NCBI RefSeq assembly: GCF_018350175.1
Contig: NC_058369.1
Span: forward strand, 44,454,001-44,518,000
DNA length: 64,000 bases
Direction: 5' to 3'
Origin: Felis catus
Taxonomy: Eukaryota
Below, piece after piece: positions 1 to 13,012 of the stretch. The notes beneath the pieces were generated by a model. It saw nothing but the letters and a program-made list of their open reading frames with translations, was not told where the DNA came from and ran no database searches. Made by a program: the position numbers and the translations under genes. The first letter of the stretch is position 1. The number at the start of each line of letters is the position of its first letter.

Positions 1-1526
1 AAATTAATAGACATTTTTTGCTAAAGATTACTCCAAATGTCTGAGCATTTGGCAATAGATGAATATTGAGGCATATTACATTTTTAATCTAGCTTGTAGG
101 TCAATTTGATGTCATTGTGACATAGTATTCAAAATGGGCTGTTGTTCTTCCTTAGGCTGTTTTAATTTTGTCACCCTGGTCTATTTGGGTCATTGTTACA
201 GGAATCTGATTACTTCTTGGAAAACAAATTAGGCCATAGACTTTCTCGTGTGAATCTATACTTTTGTCTCGCTTCTCGATTATTTTATTATTGGCTCCAT
301 TGCTTTTGATTGGAAAAGAAAGTCCAGTCAAGCTGCTAAGATTATCATTCCAGTGGGTGCCCTGGGCAGTGATTTCTGAACCATTCATTCCTTTGAAATT
401 TTGTTCTCAGCTGGAGAAATGTCACAGTTGTCTTAGCTTTTGACTCTGACTTTTAGCGAGAGAAGCAAGGAATAGGAAATAACACTTTCTAGAAGAAACA
501 ATGAGCAGTTGTATGCACATCAGGCGACTTACTGCTGAAGATTTCAAAACATTAAAACATATTGATTAAGTTTCAACCTGTTGGGAAATTATTGCCATAA
601 CTTTCATTTTTCCCCTAGATTTGCTGAGGCTCAGAGCTGTATTTAACTTGCTGAATCTTGTATTTATGGCCAGAAAGAGACCTCAAGAGCCCCATTCCCC
701 AGGTTCTTATTAGCCTTGACAAGAGTGTGTTAAAATTGCAGACTCCTCAGAGTCCCAAAGAGATGCCTTTTCTTGCAATTTCTATGCAAAGTCTAAAACA
801 ATCTCTGTGTATATTTTGGCTTCTGAAATAGATTCTGAGGTAATATATCAGATTATATTGTCTTTGTGAAGACACTTTCTTCTGTTTGTAGTTGCTAATC
901 ATTTTTCTATTTCCCTTCCTCTTTGCTATATTTATTTTGACATTAATGTTGGCTTTGACCTTAAAGGAAAAAAAAACTATCAGACATTTCCCAGATTTAG
1001 GTTTTTATTATAAATCACTTCATATTTTAAATGATATGTCTCAGGGGAGAAATGTATGAAGAATTGATGGAAGTTAGAAATTTTTAGTTAGTAATTATCA
1101 CCTACCATTAGAAACAAGTGCAAATCACATGATGTCAAAGTAAATCTATCACATATCATAATCAAAGATGAATCAAAGTAATTACTAGCCAAACAGGGAT
1201 TGCGTAGAACTTAAAACCAATTTGACTATACCACTGAATAAACACTTTAGTATTTTAATTTGCTCCTATTTTCATTTACTTCAGCAATATGCTTGCTAAT
1301 ATGACTGAGATGTACAATTGGTATTTAACCTGTTTTTGTCAGCACCTCACATGATCTGCATGAAGTATATGTGCTAAAGTCTCAGTAATAATGAGCCAGA
1401 TGAAAACAACAGACGTGAAATTTATGCCATTTTACATCTTATGCCAAATTGCAACAATACCCAACAAAGTGAAGAAACAGGTTATCTTAGACAAATTGGA
1501 TCGAAAATACTTATAAAAACATGTTT

Positions 1527-1679
1527 TTTAAATTTAATTTTAGTTTTTAATATGAAATTTATTGTCAAATTTGTTTCCATACAACACCCAGTGCTCATCC
1601 CAACAGGTGCCCTCCTCAATGCCCATCACCCACTTTCCCCTCCCTCCCACCCCCCATCAACCCTCAGTCTATTCTCAGT
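1527..1679 (-). mobile_element. Short 5'-truncated felid L1 3' end with target-site duplication
   Basis: Felid L1 3' terminus (aatatgaaatttattgtcaaat...ccatacaacacccagtgctcatcccaacaggtgccctcc). TSD AAAATACTTA[T/C]AAAAACATGTTT at 1504-1526 and 1680-1702. Confidence 0.85.
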
Positions 1680-3499
1680 AAAATACTTACAAAAACATGT
1701 TTAACCAACACAAAATTGCTCAAAAGTTAACTAAAATTTGTAAAGGTTTCATTATACTGATTCATCATCTTCCACTTTGTTTTATTGCTAATGACTATTG
1801 ATCATAAATCTACTTGAGGCCTTATATCTGGTTTGGAATAACTGAGTCGGTAAAGGATGTGAAAAGGTCTGGCAGGATGCATTTTACATGAGATCCTGCG
1901 TCCTTTTAGTGAGCTACTTTTCTGATTACTGAGTGAAGGATCATAAAAGTGTCCATTTTCCTTTTATTCCCCAAGGCCAGTTCCAAAACCCTAAGATAAC
2001 TTGAGTTGTTTTGACCTTGATGATACACATTTTTCCACAAAAGATAAGGTAACTGATAATGTGAGAAGCCCTACCTTTCTTTACCTTTGAATAGTAGGAG
2101 CATAAGAAAGATGGAATAATCCAGCTAAATATGAAAAGACTCTTTCCCCAAGAACTCTAGCTATTGGCTCATGAAGACAAACATTTACCTGGACTTTTGG
2201 CTCTTTGTCCAGTTTTATTTTCAGGTAGACATCATTAATGTAGAATTAGATAAAATTATTTTCTACCTCATCAGTCTTTTTTTTTCTTTCACACGTTTAT
2301 AATTTACCCACACTTCATGATCACGATGCCTCCAGTTCTCTAAAATAGCTGCTTATTAGCCAATTGATCATGAGACCCTCAAAGGTAACAGAGACCCCCA
2401 TTTGGGATATTTTTTTAAGTATACTTTTATTTTCATTCCTCTGGTTCTGTTAGAAGTGTAAGCTAATGGAGGTCTACTTTCTAGCTCTTAGAACATATAG
2501 AATGTCGTATCTGTGAGAGCCCTCAGAAGTCTGGACCAAGGCCCTGTTATACACATAAGAACACTAGGGCTCAGAAAGGAAAAATGTCATACTGTAGAAC
2601 ACCTGATTTTTATAGCAAGGTGAGGATTAGAACTTGAGATTTCTGATTCCTTAAATTCCCCTTGTCCCTTTATCACATGGACTTACTAACTACTAGCTGC
2701 TATGTGGGTGTAGAACTTTAAATTACCGCATGGGTGCCTTGATCACTGCCTTTCAATGAGTGACACAAGAGAGGAGTCTCCTTTCTCTCACATGGAGTGT
2801 TTTACATCCCTGACTCAGATTTGCTTAACTAAAGTCAAACTTAAACAAATGTCTTCAGGGGCTAGTGGGTAGCATATATGAGCAAAAGTGGGGTGGCACC
2901 ATTTGGTAAAATGTTCTGTTTAAAAATGTTCTCATTGAAATACTAAAATCTCTGTTTTGCCAAACCAAGCCTGTCCACAGGCTACAACCTTGCAGCTCTT
3001 GTCTGCATCACCACGTGGATAGGTAGTGAAGAACATTTTTTCAGTTATGTAAGCACAATCAACATTACAGTTACTTTTACCATACTTGGTGTCCCAAATA
3101 CCGTGCCAAACCCTCTGCTTTGAATGCACTGGACTTCCAGTACTCAAGGAGAAGCATATCTTTGGGGATATAAAATGCCCCCACAGAGACCAGCTTTCGT
3201 CCAACTAGTCTCTCCAATGTCTAGACCTGCAAAAAATATACAAATGTCTCATAAAATCCATAGGGGAAATGAGACTGCAGCCTGTAACCTTCCTGAGAGC
3301 AGCAAAAAAACCCTAACAGAAAGCCAAATCACAGGGCAAATCCACCATATGTACTGAACAACCAATGTAATTATGTTCTGTAGTTGAGGAATTACATAAA
3401 TTGCCCATTGGGAAGGAAACCGTAATCTCTACCCCTCCCTTGAAATCTATAAACAGCTGTGTGAGTGTCTCTGTTTTTGAAAGGTTGAACACATTTGAT

Positions 3500-4204
3500 C
3501 GGGGAACCAACTTGATTTCCTAATCAGGTTCAATGTGAGCAGAGCCAGTTAGAGATGTGTGTGATTCTCCCAGTGTGCATCTTTGATTCATGCGCTAATT
3601 ATGTCGATCCTTTGGGGAACACAGCCACGAAGCTGGGTCCTCCTTGATTAATGCTGGCTGAGAGCCATGCAGCNNNNNNNNNNNNNNNNNNNNNNNNNNN
3701 NNNNNNNNNNNNNNNNNNNNNNNNNNNNNNNNNNNNNNNNNNNNNNNNNNNNNNNNNNNNNNNNNNNNNNNNNNNNNNNNNNNNNNNNNNNNNNNNNNNN
3801 NNNNNNNNNNNNNNNNNNNNNNNNNNNNNNNNNNNNNNNNNNNNNNNNNNNNNNNNNNNNNNNNNNNNNNNNNNNNNNNNNNNNNNNNNNNNNNNNNNNN
3901 NTTTCTCCCTAAAGCTCCATGGGAATGTGACTTTGCAAGCTGCATTTGATTTGGTGTTGCTTCGCTCTTTGTTGAAACAAGCTGGTGAGACAGAGTGTCA
4001 TCTGTTTAGAGCTTGCTGTTTCTGTCAGATCTCTTTTATAATTGATTCATACAGGAAAATAAGAGACCTTTCAGAATGCTTTTATAGAAGTTAAAAATTA
4101 TTGGTTTTGTTTTTAATTTGGAAGCATGGGCACATTGTCTTTTGTGCTCAGGATGGTCAGAGCATATGTTTATCTTCTGTATCTCTGGCCATTGCAAGAA
4201 AAAT
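3500..4204 (+). promoter_or_regulatory. Candidate alternative promoter / upstream exon of CNTN4 (start uncertain, partly in N gap)
   Basis: Repeat-free stretch with homeodomain-like motifs (CTAATTA, TTGATTAAT), two strong-Kozak ATGs (4126, 4153), a consensus donor GTAAGT at 4205-4210 and G-runs at 4391-4410. Inference only. Confidence 0.4.
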
Positions 4205-6641
4205 GTAAGTAAAAGTAATGTGTATGTAAAGAGATCATCTTACGTGCACTTCTGTATCGAAGAAGCATGTGTCAGTATTTGCAGAATTTGTTTAAGAGTT
4301 TATTTTGTGGCTCTCTGCTGCCACTAAGTAAGGCAGAAACAGGAAAGTTTCTCTTGTTTTTCAGTTGCATGCTGTTTAGAAACTTTGCCAGGGGTGAGGG
4401 GGGGTGGGGGTAAGTATTAGGAATATTTGCAAATATAAACTCTACATCTCCTTTTTCATGCTTAAAGTCTGTGTTTCAAAATAAGAGTCTATTTCTTAGC
4501 TCTATTTTGTGTTTGAATGTGCCACTTTTTGTGAAGTAATGTTAATTAAAAAAAAGCCAAAAAATATCATTTCAAATCTCAGTTCATTTATGTTTCATGT
4601 GTCTCCCAATGCAGTCTATCAAATTAATACTTGTTATCCATGCAAGATGAATTGATCATAAAAAATGATATTAGAAATTAATATTGTTGATAATGTTTGC
4701 ATGGTGTCTCTCAAATGATCAATGGCTTAGTGAAATTAAAGATTGTTATCACTATGGAAAGGGATATGTGGTTATTTTTTTTCCAGGTTTCCCTAACCTA
4801 AATATAAATCACACTTTTCTTCCTGGATTGAACATAGAACAATTGAGCTGTTGTAAGAATAGAATTTGAATATAAGAGGCTTGAACAGTTTGAACCAATA
4901 GCCAGAGCTGAGGTGGACCAAAATGAACTTGAAATCATTCATAGTTGAAAAGGGGAATCAGAGTGCCCTCAATGAGCTTGAGACCATCGAGCTAGAGGAT
5001 CCCATAATTTCCAGAGTGAAAATACAATTTTCATGAATAGGCAGTAGGTCCCAAAGCAGAGGAAAACCACAGGCTGTGAAGTATAAAAGTGTCTCACTGG
5101 TGGGGACAGAGTATGTTCTCATTAGACTTGGTTGATAGGAACAATGCAAGAGAGAGAAGACGCAAAATAGATTGTTGTCTATGTGAGGTCAGACATTTTC
5201 AGGGCTTGAGGTTTGGAGGGAAAAAGTAACAAGCTAATAGAGAACGCTTAACATCTGGCCGGATGGAGCAAAAGCAGAATGGCTGTGTTACCTCTGGGTA
5301 GCGAACAATCCCAGGGCTGTCCTTGCAGAGAAGTCTGTTTCTGGAAAAAAACAAGTGTGTTTAAGGATGCTCAAACACTGAAATCTGAAATGAAGGCAAG
5401 TAGTTTTGATGGTCATGTTTCCCCTAAACAAAAGAATGGCTTCATGTCTTCTTCCAAAACCAAGCTGACGTTTAAGCGATGGTTCCTGAGGAAGCTTCAG
5501 CTATATTTGGAAAAATAAAAATGTTGGTGTTTTCTAACTAGTACAAGTATATGATCTTGCAGAGATGTTAACTTGTTTAAAATGATAAGAGACGGTAGTC
5601 TTGAATTCTATTTTTTTTAAGATAGTAGGAATTTTTCCCCTTTTTACAGGAGTATTTTACTGAAGTAGTTTAAGTTTGATTTTTTATTTTCCATTCAGAC
5701 ATTTAGAAATTTCACCTCCTATGATAAATATTTTTGTGGCTGGTCACTACAAAGCTGTAAGAGGTATTTGCAAGATTTATAGTGTGCTCCTCTTACTTTA
5801 GAAACATTTTGATTACTTTCTAAAAATTAGGACACTCTCTCCCCGGTTGTGCTTAATCTGTAGAAAAGGGATTGGATGCTCCAGGGGTAGTTTAGGGTCT
5901 GGTCACTTGACAGATGGAGAAGCCAGATGGATGTCACATATACCTTGTAAGAGGTGATTTTAAAGCCATGGTTATTTATTTGGTGTTCAAAATAAATGTA
6001 AAGTGTTAAAAAAAGATAATAAAGGAAAAAAAGTCTTATGTCTCTGTATGTGTTTGCGTGCGTGCAAATCTACTCATCACCCTGGTAGGTGGTTTCTATG
6101 CTCTTCTGACTGTGGTAACCCCTCATCATCGAGAAGGTGCTGATGTTGAATAAAGTGGAAGGAATCCTGACAAGGGACACATCAGTAGAGAGTAAAGCCC
6201 TTGGCAGGGTGTGCTTTGGGCCCTTGGCAAATGTTTTGTCTGTGCCCAGAGATGCAGGGCTAAGCGCAAAGAGAACTTCACAACATCCTCAGCACACTTG
6301 TAAGCATGTCCTGTTTGCACACAAACTGCACTCCAGCCTTCCTTGACAGGGTGGATCAGAAAATGTGAGGTGCGGAAGAGACCTCTGTAAACTCCCTCTA
6401 CAATAACTTCAAAGTGAATATGATGGAACAAAAACTGAATTTAATAACCCTGAAAATTTTGACTGATTTTAAATGTTAACAAGCCTTGACTACTATGCAT
6501 TGTCAAAGTATCCACTCAATGGATTATCAGTAATAACAGTTGAAGCTTGAGTTAAGCTTTTTCAAATTGCTGTGCAAGCTCTAATAAGCCACTTTACCTC
6601 TCTGTGCCTCAGTATTCCCCCTGTAAGATGAGGTTTGATTT

Positions 6642-6878
6642 ATTATTTATTTATTTAATGTTTTATTTATTTTTGAGAGAGAGAGAAAGAGAGAGTGAGA
6701 AAAAGGCAGAGTACGAGCAGGGGAGGGGCACAGAGAGAGGAAGAAAAGAATCCAAAGCAGGCTTTAGGCTCTCTGAACTGTTAGCACAGAGCCTGACACA
6801 GGGCTCAAACTCGTGAACCTGAGATCCGGACCTGAGCTGAAGTCAGACACTCAACCATCTGAACCACCCAGGCACCCC
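6642..6878 (-). mobile_element. Can-SINE inserted into an older MIR-like element
   Basis: T-rich tail, (GA)n and tRNA-derived head ending ...cccaggcacccc. TSD ATGAGGT[T/C]TGATTT at 6628-6641 and 6881-6894. MIR core ctctgtgcctcagt upstream. Confidence 0.9.
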
Positions 6879-7039
6879 AAATGAGGTCTGATTTTTAAGA
6901 TGACTTTCGGGGTTACGAAAGTCTATGATCTCATGACACTTCATTCTAATCTCTCCCTCACTCCTGGAACGCCCTTCAAATTGCCCAGGGACTGAGTGAA
7001 ATGTGATGTAATTGTCATCTGAAGCAAAATGTTACTGGG

Positions 7040-7178
7040 ATTCTTTCCTTTCTTTCTTAACTTTCCCTCTTCTCCTGTCCTTATTCCCTTCCTTTCTTCC
7101 TTCCTTTTTTCTTCTTTCACACTATCCCTACTCCCTCCCTTTCCACTCTGTCCTAGTTCCCTTCTCCCTGTTTTTTTA
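7040..7178. repeat. Pyrimidine-rich low-complexity tract
   Basis: About 140 bp almost entirely C/T on the + strand. Confidence 0.75.
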
Positions 7179-7673
7179 TTAGCGAGTTGTTCTAAAATCA
7201 AACAAAGCTGGGAATGTCTGTTCTTGTGACTAATCTGTTTGCCATCTACTCTTATGAGAGATCATCGAGGTATAAGGTGTATAATGGTATCCTGCTCTGC
7301 TGTGTATTAACAATTACTTACTCGTAGGCATGTGTATACAGACAGGACCTGAAAGTTATGGATGTGTATCTTTGGGTGTATGGATTGCCCATATTAACTT
7401 TTAAAGTAAGAGAATAATTTATCTTATATTCCAAATTGAAGTTGATAAAACAGGATTTATCCAAATGTGTTAAGCTAACAACATTTAATTTAGAAATAAA
7501 ACAAAATTTTCACAATTGAATGTACACTTTCATGTAGCAGGATACTAAAGAGCTTGATTTAAAAAAGAAAGGAAGAAAAATTAGAACTGAAGGATTTAAT
7601 TTTTCCCCAAGAAATGACAGTCTTGTTTAACAACATGGAAAAGAAAAGCCATAAATGATTTCATTAATAAATA

Positions 7674-8016
7674 GAGTTGACCCTTGAACAACCCAAGTGT
7701 TAGGGGCTTTGACCCCCTCCTGCACAGTCAAAAATCCACATATAACTTTTGACTCCCCAAAAACTTAACTAATTGTCTGCTGTTGACCAGAAGCCTTATT
7801 GATACGTCAAAATTTCATTAACACATNNNNNNNNNNNNNNNNNNNNNNNNNNNNNNNNNNNNNNNNNNNNNNNNNNNNNNNNNNNNNNNNNNNNNNNNNN
7901 NNNNNNNNNNNNNNNNNNNNNNNNNNNNNNNNNNNNNNNNNNNNNNNNNNNNNNNNNNNNAAACACATATAAGGGGACCCATGCAGTTCAAACCCATGTT
8001 GTTTAAGGAACAACTG
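7674..8016 (-). mobile_element. Tigger2a-like non-autonomous TcMar-Tigger DNA transposon (contains N gap)
   Basis: Ends resemble the CAGTTGACCCTTGAACAAC TIR (gagttgacccttgaacaac / gttgtttaaggaacaactg), flanked by TA on both sides. Confidence 0.8.
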
Positions 8017-10691
8017 TATATAACTGAGAAACATAATCAAGTGAGCAACTTTGTGGAATTTAAGTCAGGTAAAAAAAAATTTGTGCAAAATTTTCTTGAT
8101 GATACTTTTTTCTGTAAACTCAGACTGTTTATTGCTGGTAAGACTCCCAGTTAAAAACAACAATCTGTGAAGTTACTAAACTTGCCACTAATGATCCTGG
8201 GGCTTCTTGATGTGCTCAAACCAAATTGTGAATAAATTTCCTTTGTGGATCGTTACTACAAATATGAGAAGTACTACAAATATCAATTCAGAAATTAATT
8301 TAGCTTCAAGGATGGCAGTATTTTTTTGTTTTTTTTTTCACTATTTCACTGTGCAATGAACTAAAAATACACATTAGATGGATAGCTGAGTGGCACAAAA
8401 TAATTACAGACTAATATTCTTCTTAACAGTGGACAATATTTATATATATTTTTAACAACTAGTGTACTTGAAGATGGATGGTAAGTGCCCATTTAATGAC
8501 AGTAATAGCTTGGATTGGCTCCACTTCTTATTCCAGAAAAGAGTAGTGTTATGACAGCTTTTAAATGTAACTTGGAATATCACTTTTTCTCTCAAATTTT
8601 ACCATTAGGAAATCCTGGTATATGTGGCTTTCTATTCTCGAGTTTGAATATTAATGTTGCTCCTTATTGAACTTGTAGACTGTGTTTGATGTGATCCATG
8701 CAGAGTATAAAATTAATTTTCCAAATCTCTTAATATTGGGTAGATATCCTGGCTTTTGAGGCAGCAGGCCTTGTGGTAAGTAGAATCAGTAATGTGAAAC
8801 AATTCCTCTGTTTTATAGTCGTGCATCCTTCCATGACCAAAATGATTTGTACTTATGGGCTATTTCTATGCAAAAAATTTAAGGGCGACAGATACGTTTG
8901 ATAATTTGTGGCTTTCAAACAGTTGAATATAAAGTTACCAGGCGGCTCCAGGGGCACTGCTTTTGGTTTTTAAACCAGAGCTTCTGATGACTTGAGATGT
9001 TCAATTCAATATCACTTAGTTAATAGCTCCAGTGGTTTATCAGACTGTTTTATTGTGTAGTTAAAAAGGTAGAGTTATAAATCGGATTTAGACATGGCTC
9101 TGGGTTTTGTACATGGTTTCACATGTCTTCACCTATCTTCCAGAGTAGGAATAAGAGTCCTTCTGCATATTAGCGTGAAATTTCTCTGTTGTTTCAAGGA
9201 AGGAACAGGATGATTTAATACAGAGAGTAGCTATTCAGAAAGAACTGCAAAAGAATAAAGTATTTCTATGGTTAGATATAAAATGCACAGCTACAGATTC
9301 TGAGGATATGACAGAATTTAGAGATGCTGCCTGTGCCAGGCAGTTGGCAAAGGGGACTAAAGGAGACAGATTTAAGTCTTGCCAGAAGGAAACCCTATAT
9401 CAAGGGATAGGAATTTGAGTTCTCTGGGAAAAAAATGTAAATAGGGAAATAGAGGAATGAGCGTATTATAGTTGAAAGAGACCTGGCTTTCCTATAAAGG
9501 AAAATGCTACAAGTGAGTGAAACCTACCAAGTTTAAGGACACTGCGTCTAATTTCAAGATAGTTGGCATAAATATTGTTACGTTACTGTGCAGATGTTTA
9601 AGAAATTTAAATCAATGAAGAGATAGAGGGAAGAAGGAATGCTCTTAGCTTTTAATGTACCGGCACAGCAAGATTTAAAAATATAATGATCTTAAATGAA
9701 GTGGGTATTATGATACCAGAGGACTGTCTTAGTTTAATGAAGATTTTTGGAGGACTATATATGGATATTCTGTTTAGGATGGTAGATGTTGGCACACAAG
9801 TGTATACAAATTGTGTAGCTGTTGGTATACTTGCTAGTGAATTTCCTTGATCCTTCTCCCAACGTCTGTGTTTATGATCTCCCCCTCCCAAAATGCCCTT
9901 ACACACCATTTATTTGTGTTACCCCAAACATCTCAGGACATGCAGTAGATGCCTGAATCCCAGAAGGTTGGTTTTGTTAAATCCGTTTGGTGGCTCAGGA
10001 GATAAATGTAAGTGTAGGGTGTACTACTCCACAGTAATGAATGACTTCTTGAAATTATTCGACTTCACTTTTCTTCAACCGAGCATCATATTGAAAGTAA
10101 AATGTTTAGGTGTCCCCAACATTCAGGTAAATACCCTTATCTACTGGACATAACACTCTAAGTGAGTCATGTCACTTATTTCCCATGGTCATTTGCAAGA
10201 ACTTTACTTCCAAGCTGCTTAGAATTCAGTGCATTCGTGCACCTTTCAGACTGGGAGAGTTGCTCACATATAGGCATCATGTTTGATGCCAGAGGGGGAA
10301 ACAACCACTATCTCCCAGAAAAGAACAAATTATGTGTTCAAACATGGTCTCTCGCGTCTTTATGATGTGTGTGTTAAGTGTGAATCTGATAATTTAAGGT
10401 GTGTGTCTCTTCCTCCTATCCAGCTGTCTGGCTGTGTGCTCAAATTTAGTAGCAAATTTAGACTGATGCTTTTCTTCCCTTGAGTTCACCCTCTACCTCT
10501 CCCTGCAGGAATCCACAAGGGTATTCAGTTGATTGCTGTTGTTAACCTCTATTGTAGTATTATATTTCTTGCTGTAAGTACCTTTTGCAGCTTGTGAGTA
10601 AATTTAAGAGATGTGAAACTTTAAAAATGACTTTACTTTTAAAACATCTTACTGAAATTATTAGGAGAAAAACAGTCTTTCAGGCTAACTG

Positions 10692-10694
<3 letters not shown>

Positions 10695-10735
<41 letters not shown>
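10695..10735. repeat. (TG)20 microsatellite
   Basis: Perfect dinucleotide run. Confidence 0.98.
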
Positions 10736-10737
<2 letters not shown>

Positions 10738-11502
10738 CTAAGCTAAAATCTTTGCAAATCTTTATGTTCATCAAGATCCATGGTTGAATGATAACATTGG
10801 TTATAGTGGTGTTTTTTCCAAGTCATTTTAATATCATGTGAATAATACTCAGGATGTTTGTGTAAAGTGATGGAGTAAAATATTTCACCTGAGTAACATT
10901 TTTGAGTTTCTACATAGCAGTTTTCAATCTCAAAGTAATCTGTCAGGTAGAGACAGGAACATGTTTGAAAGTCTGGTGAAGGCTCTGACAATTCCTCTAA
11001 ACTAACTGTTTTAATAAACTTTAGAGTTCACTTGGGAGTTTTTCCCAAAGTGTGCAACAAATACTTCTGGTGGAATATGTGATGACTTTAAGTACAAACT
11101 ATGTAACTAGTAAATAAAATACATTATTTTACAAATACAGTTGCATAGGACAAGGCTGAGGTATTAACTTTTTTTTGATAAGCAGGACTTGTCTCATGCA
11201 AGTAACAGTACTGTAGGTTATTTCCTGTGTGCTCGAGAATGGCCAGCCTAGCAAACCAAGGAGACGGGGACATGAAAGCATGGAATTCCTGGTCTGGAAG
11301 TTATCTACAGATTGTCTCAACTGACTCTATTCTACTGGTCTTGGAGGCTTGCTCAAGATAGAATGGCTGTCTAGTAGTATGACTAGGAATGGATCCTAGT
11401 GTTTCCAGAGCCCCATATGGTGCTCTTTCCCTGATAAGAGATTCACTCTTGAGTTATTCTTAAGATTTTATGCACATTCAACAATGTTAGAACTCTGAGA
11501 GC

Positions 11503-11750
11503 CAGAGAATCCAAAAGTAAAGGCCTGTAGAAGCCAGATAGAAAACATGAATGAGTGGAGTAGACCAGGTGTCAGAAGACAGGGAATCCACCAGGTCATT
11601 TCAGAATAGCACCTAAGTGTCTCTCCTAAATGCTATCATTATTTAGGATCGTGGGCCCAGTGTTGCCACATGTCACAAATTTTAAATATTACTACTTATT
11701 TTTGAAACGTTTGAAGCCAAACATGTATCACACCCATATCTGTCCAGTTT
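11503..11750. mobile_element. Old hAT-Charlie element, MER102-like
   Basis: Motifs aatgagtggagtagaccaggtgt and gggcccagtgttgccacat resemble the recalled consensus. Confidence 0.5.
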
Positions 11751-12005
11751 ACATACTTTATTATAAGCCATTTGAAAGACTACTCACCGATGGGGGAGAA
11801 AACATAGGCTTTTACAACATGAGGTGGCATGTAGTCTACCTAAAAGATGAAAAGTGCATTTGGCAATATATGTGTGTACTTGTAGGGAGGAACTTAAGGG
11901 GAGAATGGAGCAAAGTACATTGACATTTCTGGAAAGCTTGTTTTAAACTCTACAAATCCTCATGAACTGTCCATTAGTAGGGGTCGGATTTAAGAACTCC
12001 TCTTT

Positions 12006-12180
12006 GGGGTGCCTCGGTGGCTCAGTCGGTTAAGTGTCCACCTTCGGCTCAAGTCATGTTCTCACAGTCCGTGGGTTCGAGCCCCGTGTCCAGCTGTATG
12101 CTGACAGCTCAGAGCCTGGAGCCTGCCTTGGCTTGTGCTTTGCCTCTCTCTCAAAAATAAATAAACATTGAAAAAAAAAA
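12006..12180 (+). mobile_element. Can-SINE (shortened CT region)
   Basis: Head ggggtgcctcggtggctcagtcggttaag, B box GTTCGAGCC, AATAAA-polyA tail. TSD AAGAACTCCT[C/G]TTT at 11992-12005 and 12181-12194. Confidence 0.93.
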
Positions 12181-12391
12181 AAGAACTCCTGTTTTACAGG
12201 TAAAACGATGAGTAAATCACACAGAATTCAATATATAAATACATTTTGCTATACCTGAGTAATTTGGTTTAGTATACTACAATTACAGTTTTTGGTTTAA
12301 TTAACTTGTAGTATTTTTATTTGAATTGGGCACTAACATTACCGCACAATTTATACCGCTTTAGAAGGAATAAGTTGATTATTTCTTTTCA

Positions 12392-12584
12392 TTTTTTAAG
12401 GTTATTTATTTATTTTGAGAGAGAGCAGGGGAGGGGCAGAGAGAGCAGGAGAAAGAGAAAATCCCAGGCCCCACACCTCCAGGGCAGAGCCTGACGCAGG
12501 GCTCGAACTCACGAACCGTGAGATCTTAACCTGAGTCAAAACTAAGAGTCAGATGCTTAACCAACTGAGGAACCCAGGCACCCC
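12392..12584 (-). mobile_element. Can-SINE
   Basis: Reverse Can-SINE body ...gggctcgaactcacgaaccgtgagatc...cccaggcacccc. Confidence 0.9.
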
Positions 12585-12894
12585 TTTTTTTTTTTAATTA
12601 AACTTAACTTTTCTATAGAGTCTGGCTGAGCATGTATCTAATCAGACATGGGGAAATCTGCTGATGTTTTCATCACATTTGAGAGACAAAAAGAAGATGG
12701 TCTCATTTCTGGTTGTTTTGACTTCAAGACACAGCCTATATGCTATTTAGTTTCACAGAAGGTACTTTAGAAGTTGTATTAGTAAAGGAGCAAGGAGTAC
12801 ATGCTGTGATGCATAGGCATAGGCATTTTCCTTGGAGATCTGTGCAGCAAACAGCATTACCAGATTGGGTCCACCTTCACGAATGCTGGCCTAT

Positions 12895-13012
12895 ATCCAT
12901 TCATTCACTTAGAAATTACATATTAAATGTCAACCATTTATCTAACCTTCTTCTAGGGTGTAGAGATACAGCAGTAAACAAAACAACCAAAAAAATTTTG
13001 CCTTTATCACAC
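12895..13012 (-). mobile_element. L2 3' end fragment
   Basis: cattcattca...ctagggtgtagagatacagcagtaaacaaaac. Confidence 0.55.
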
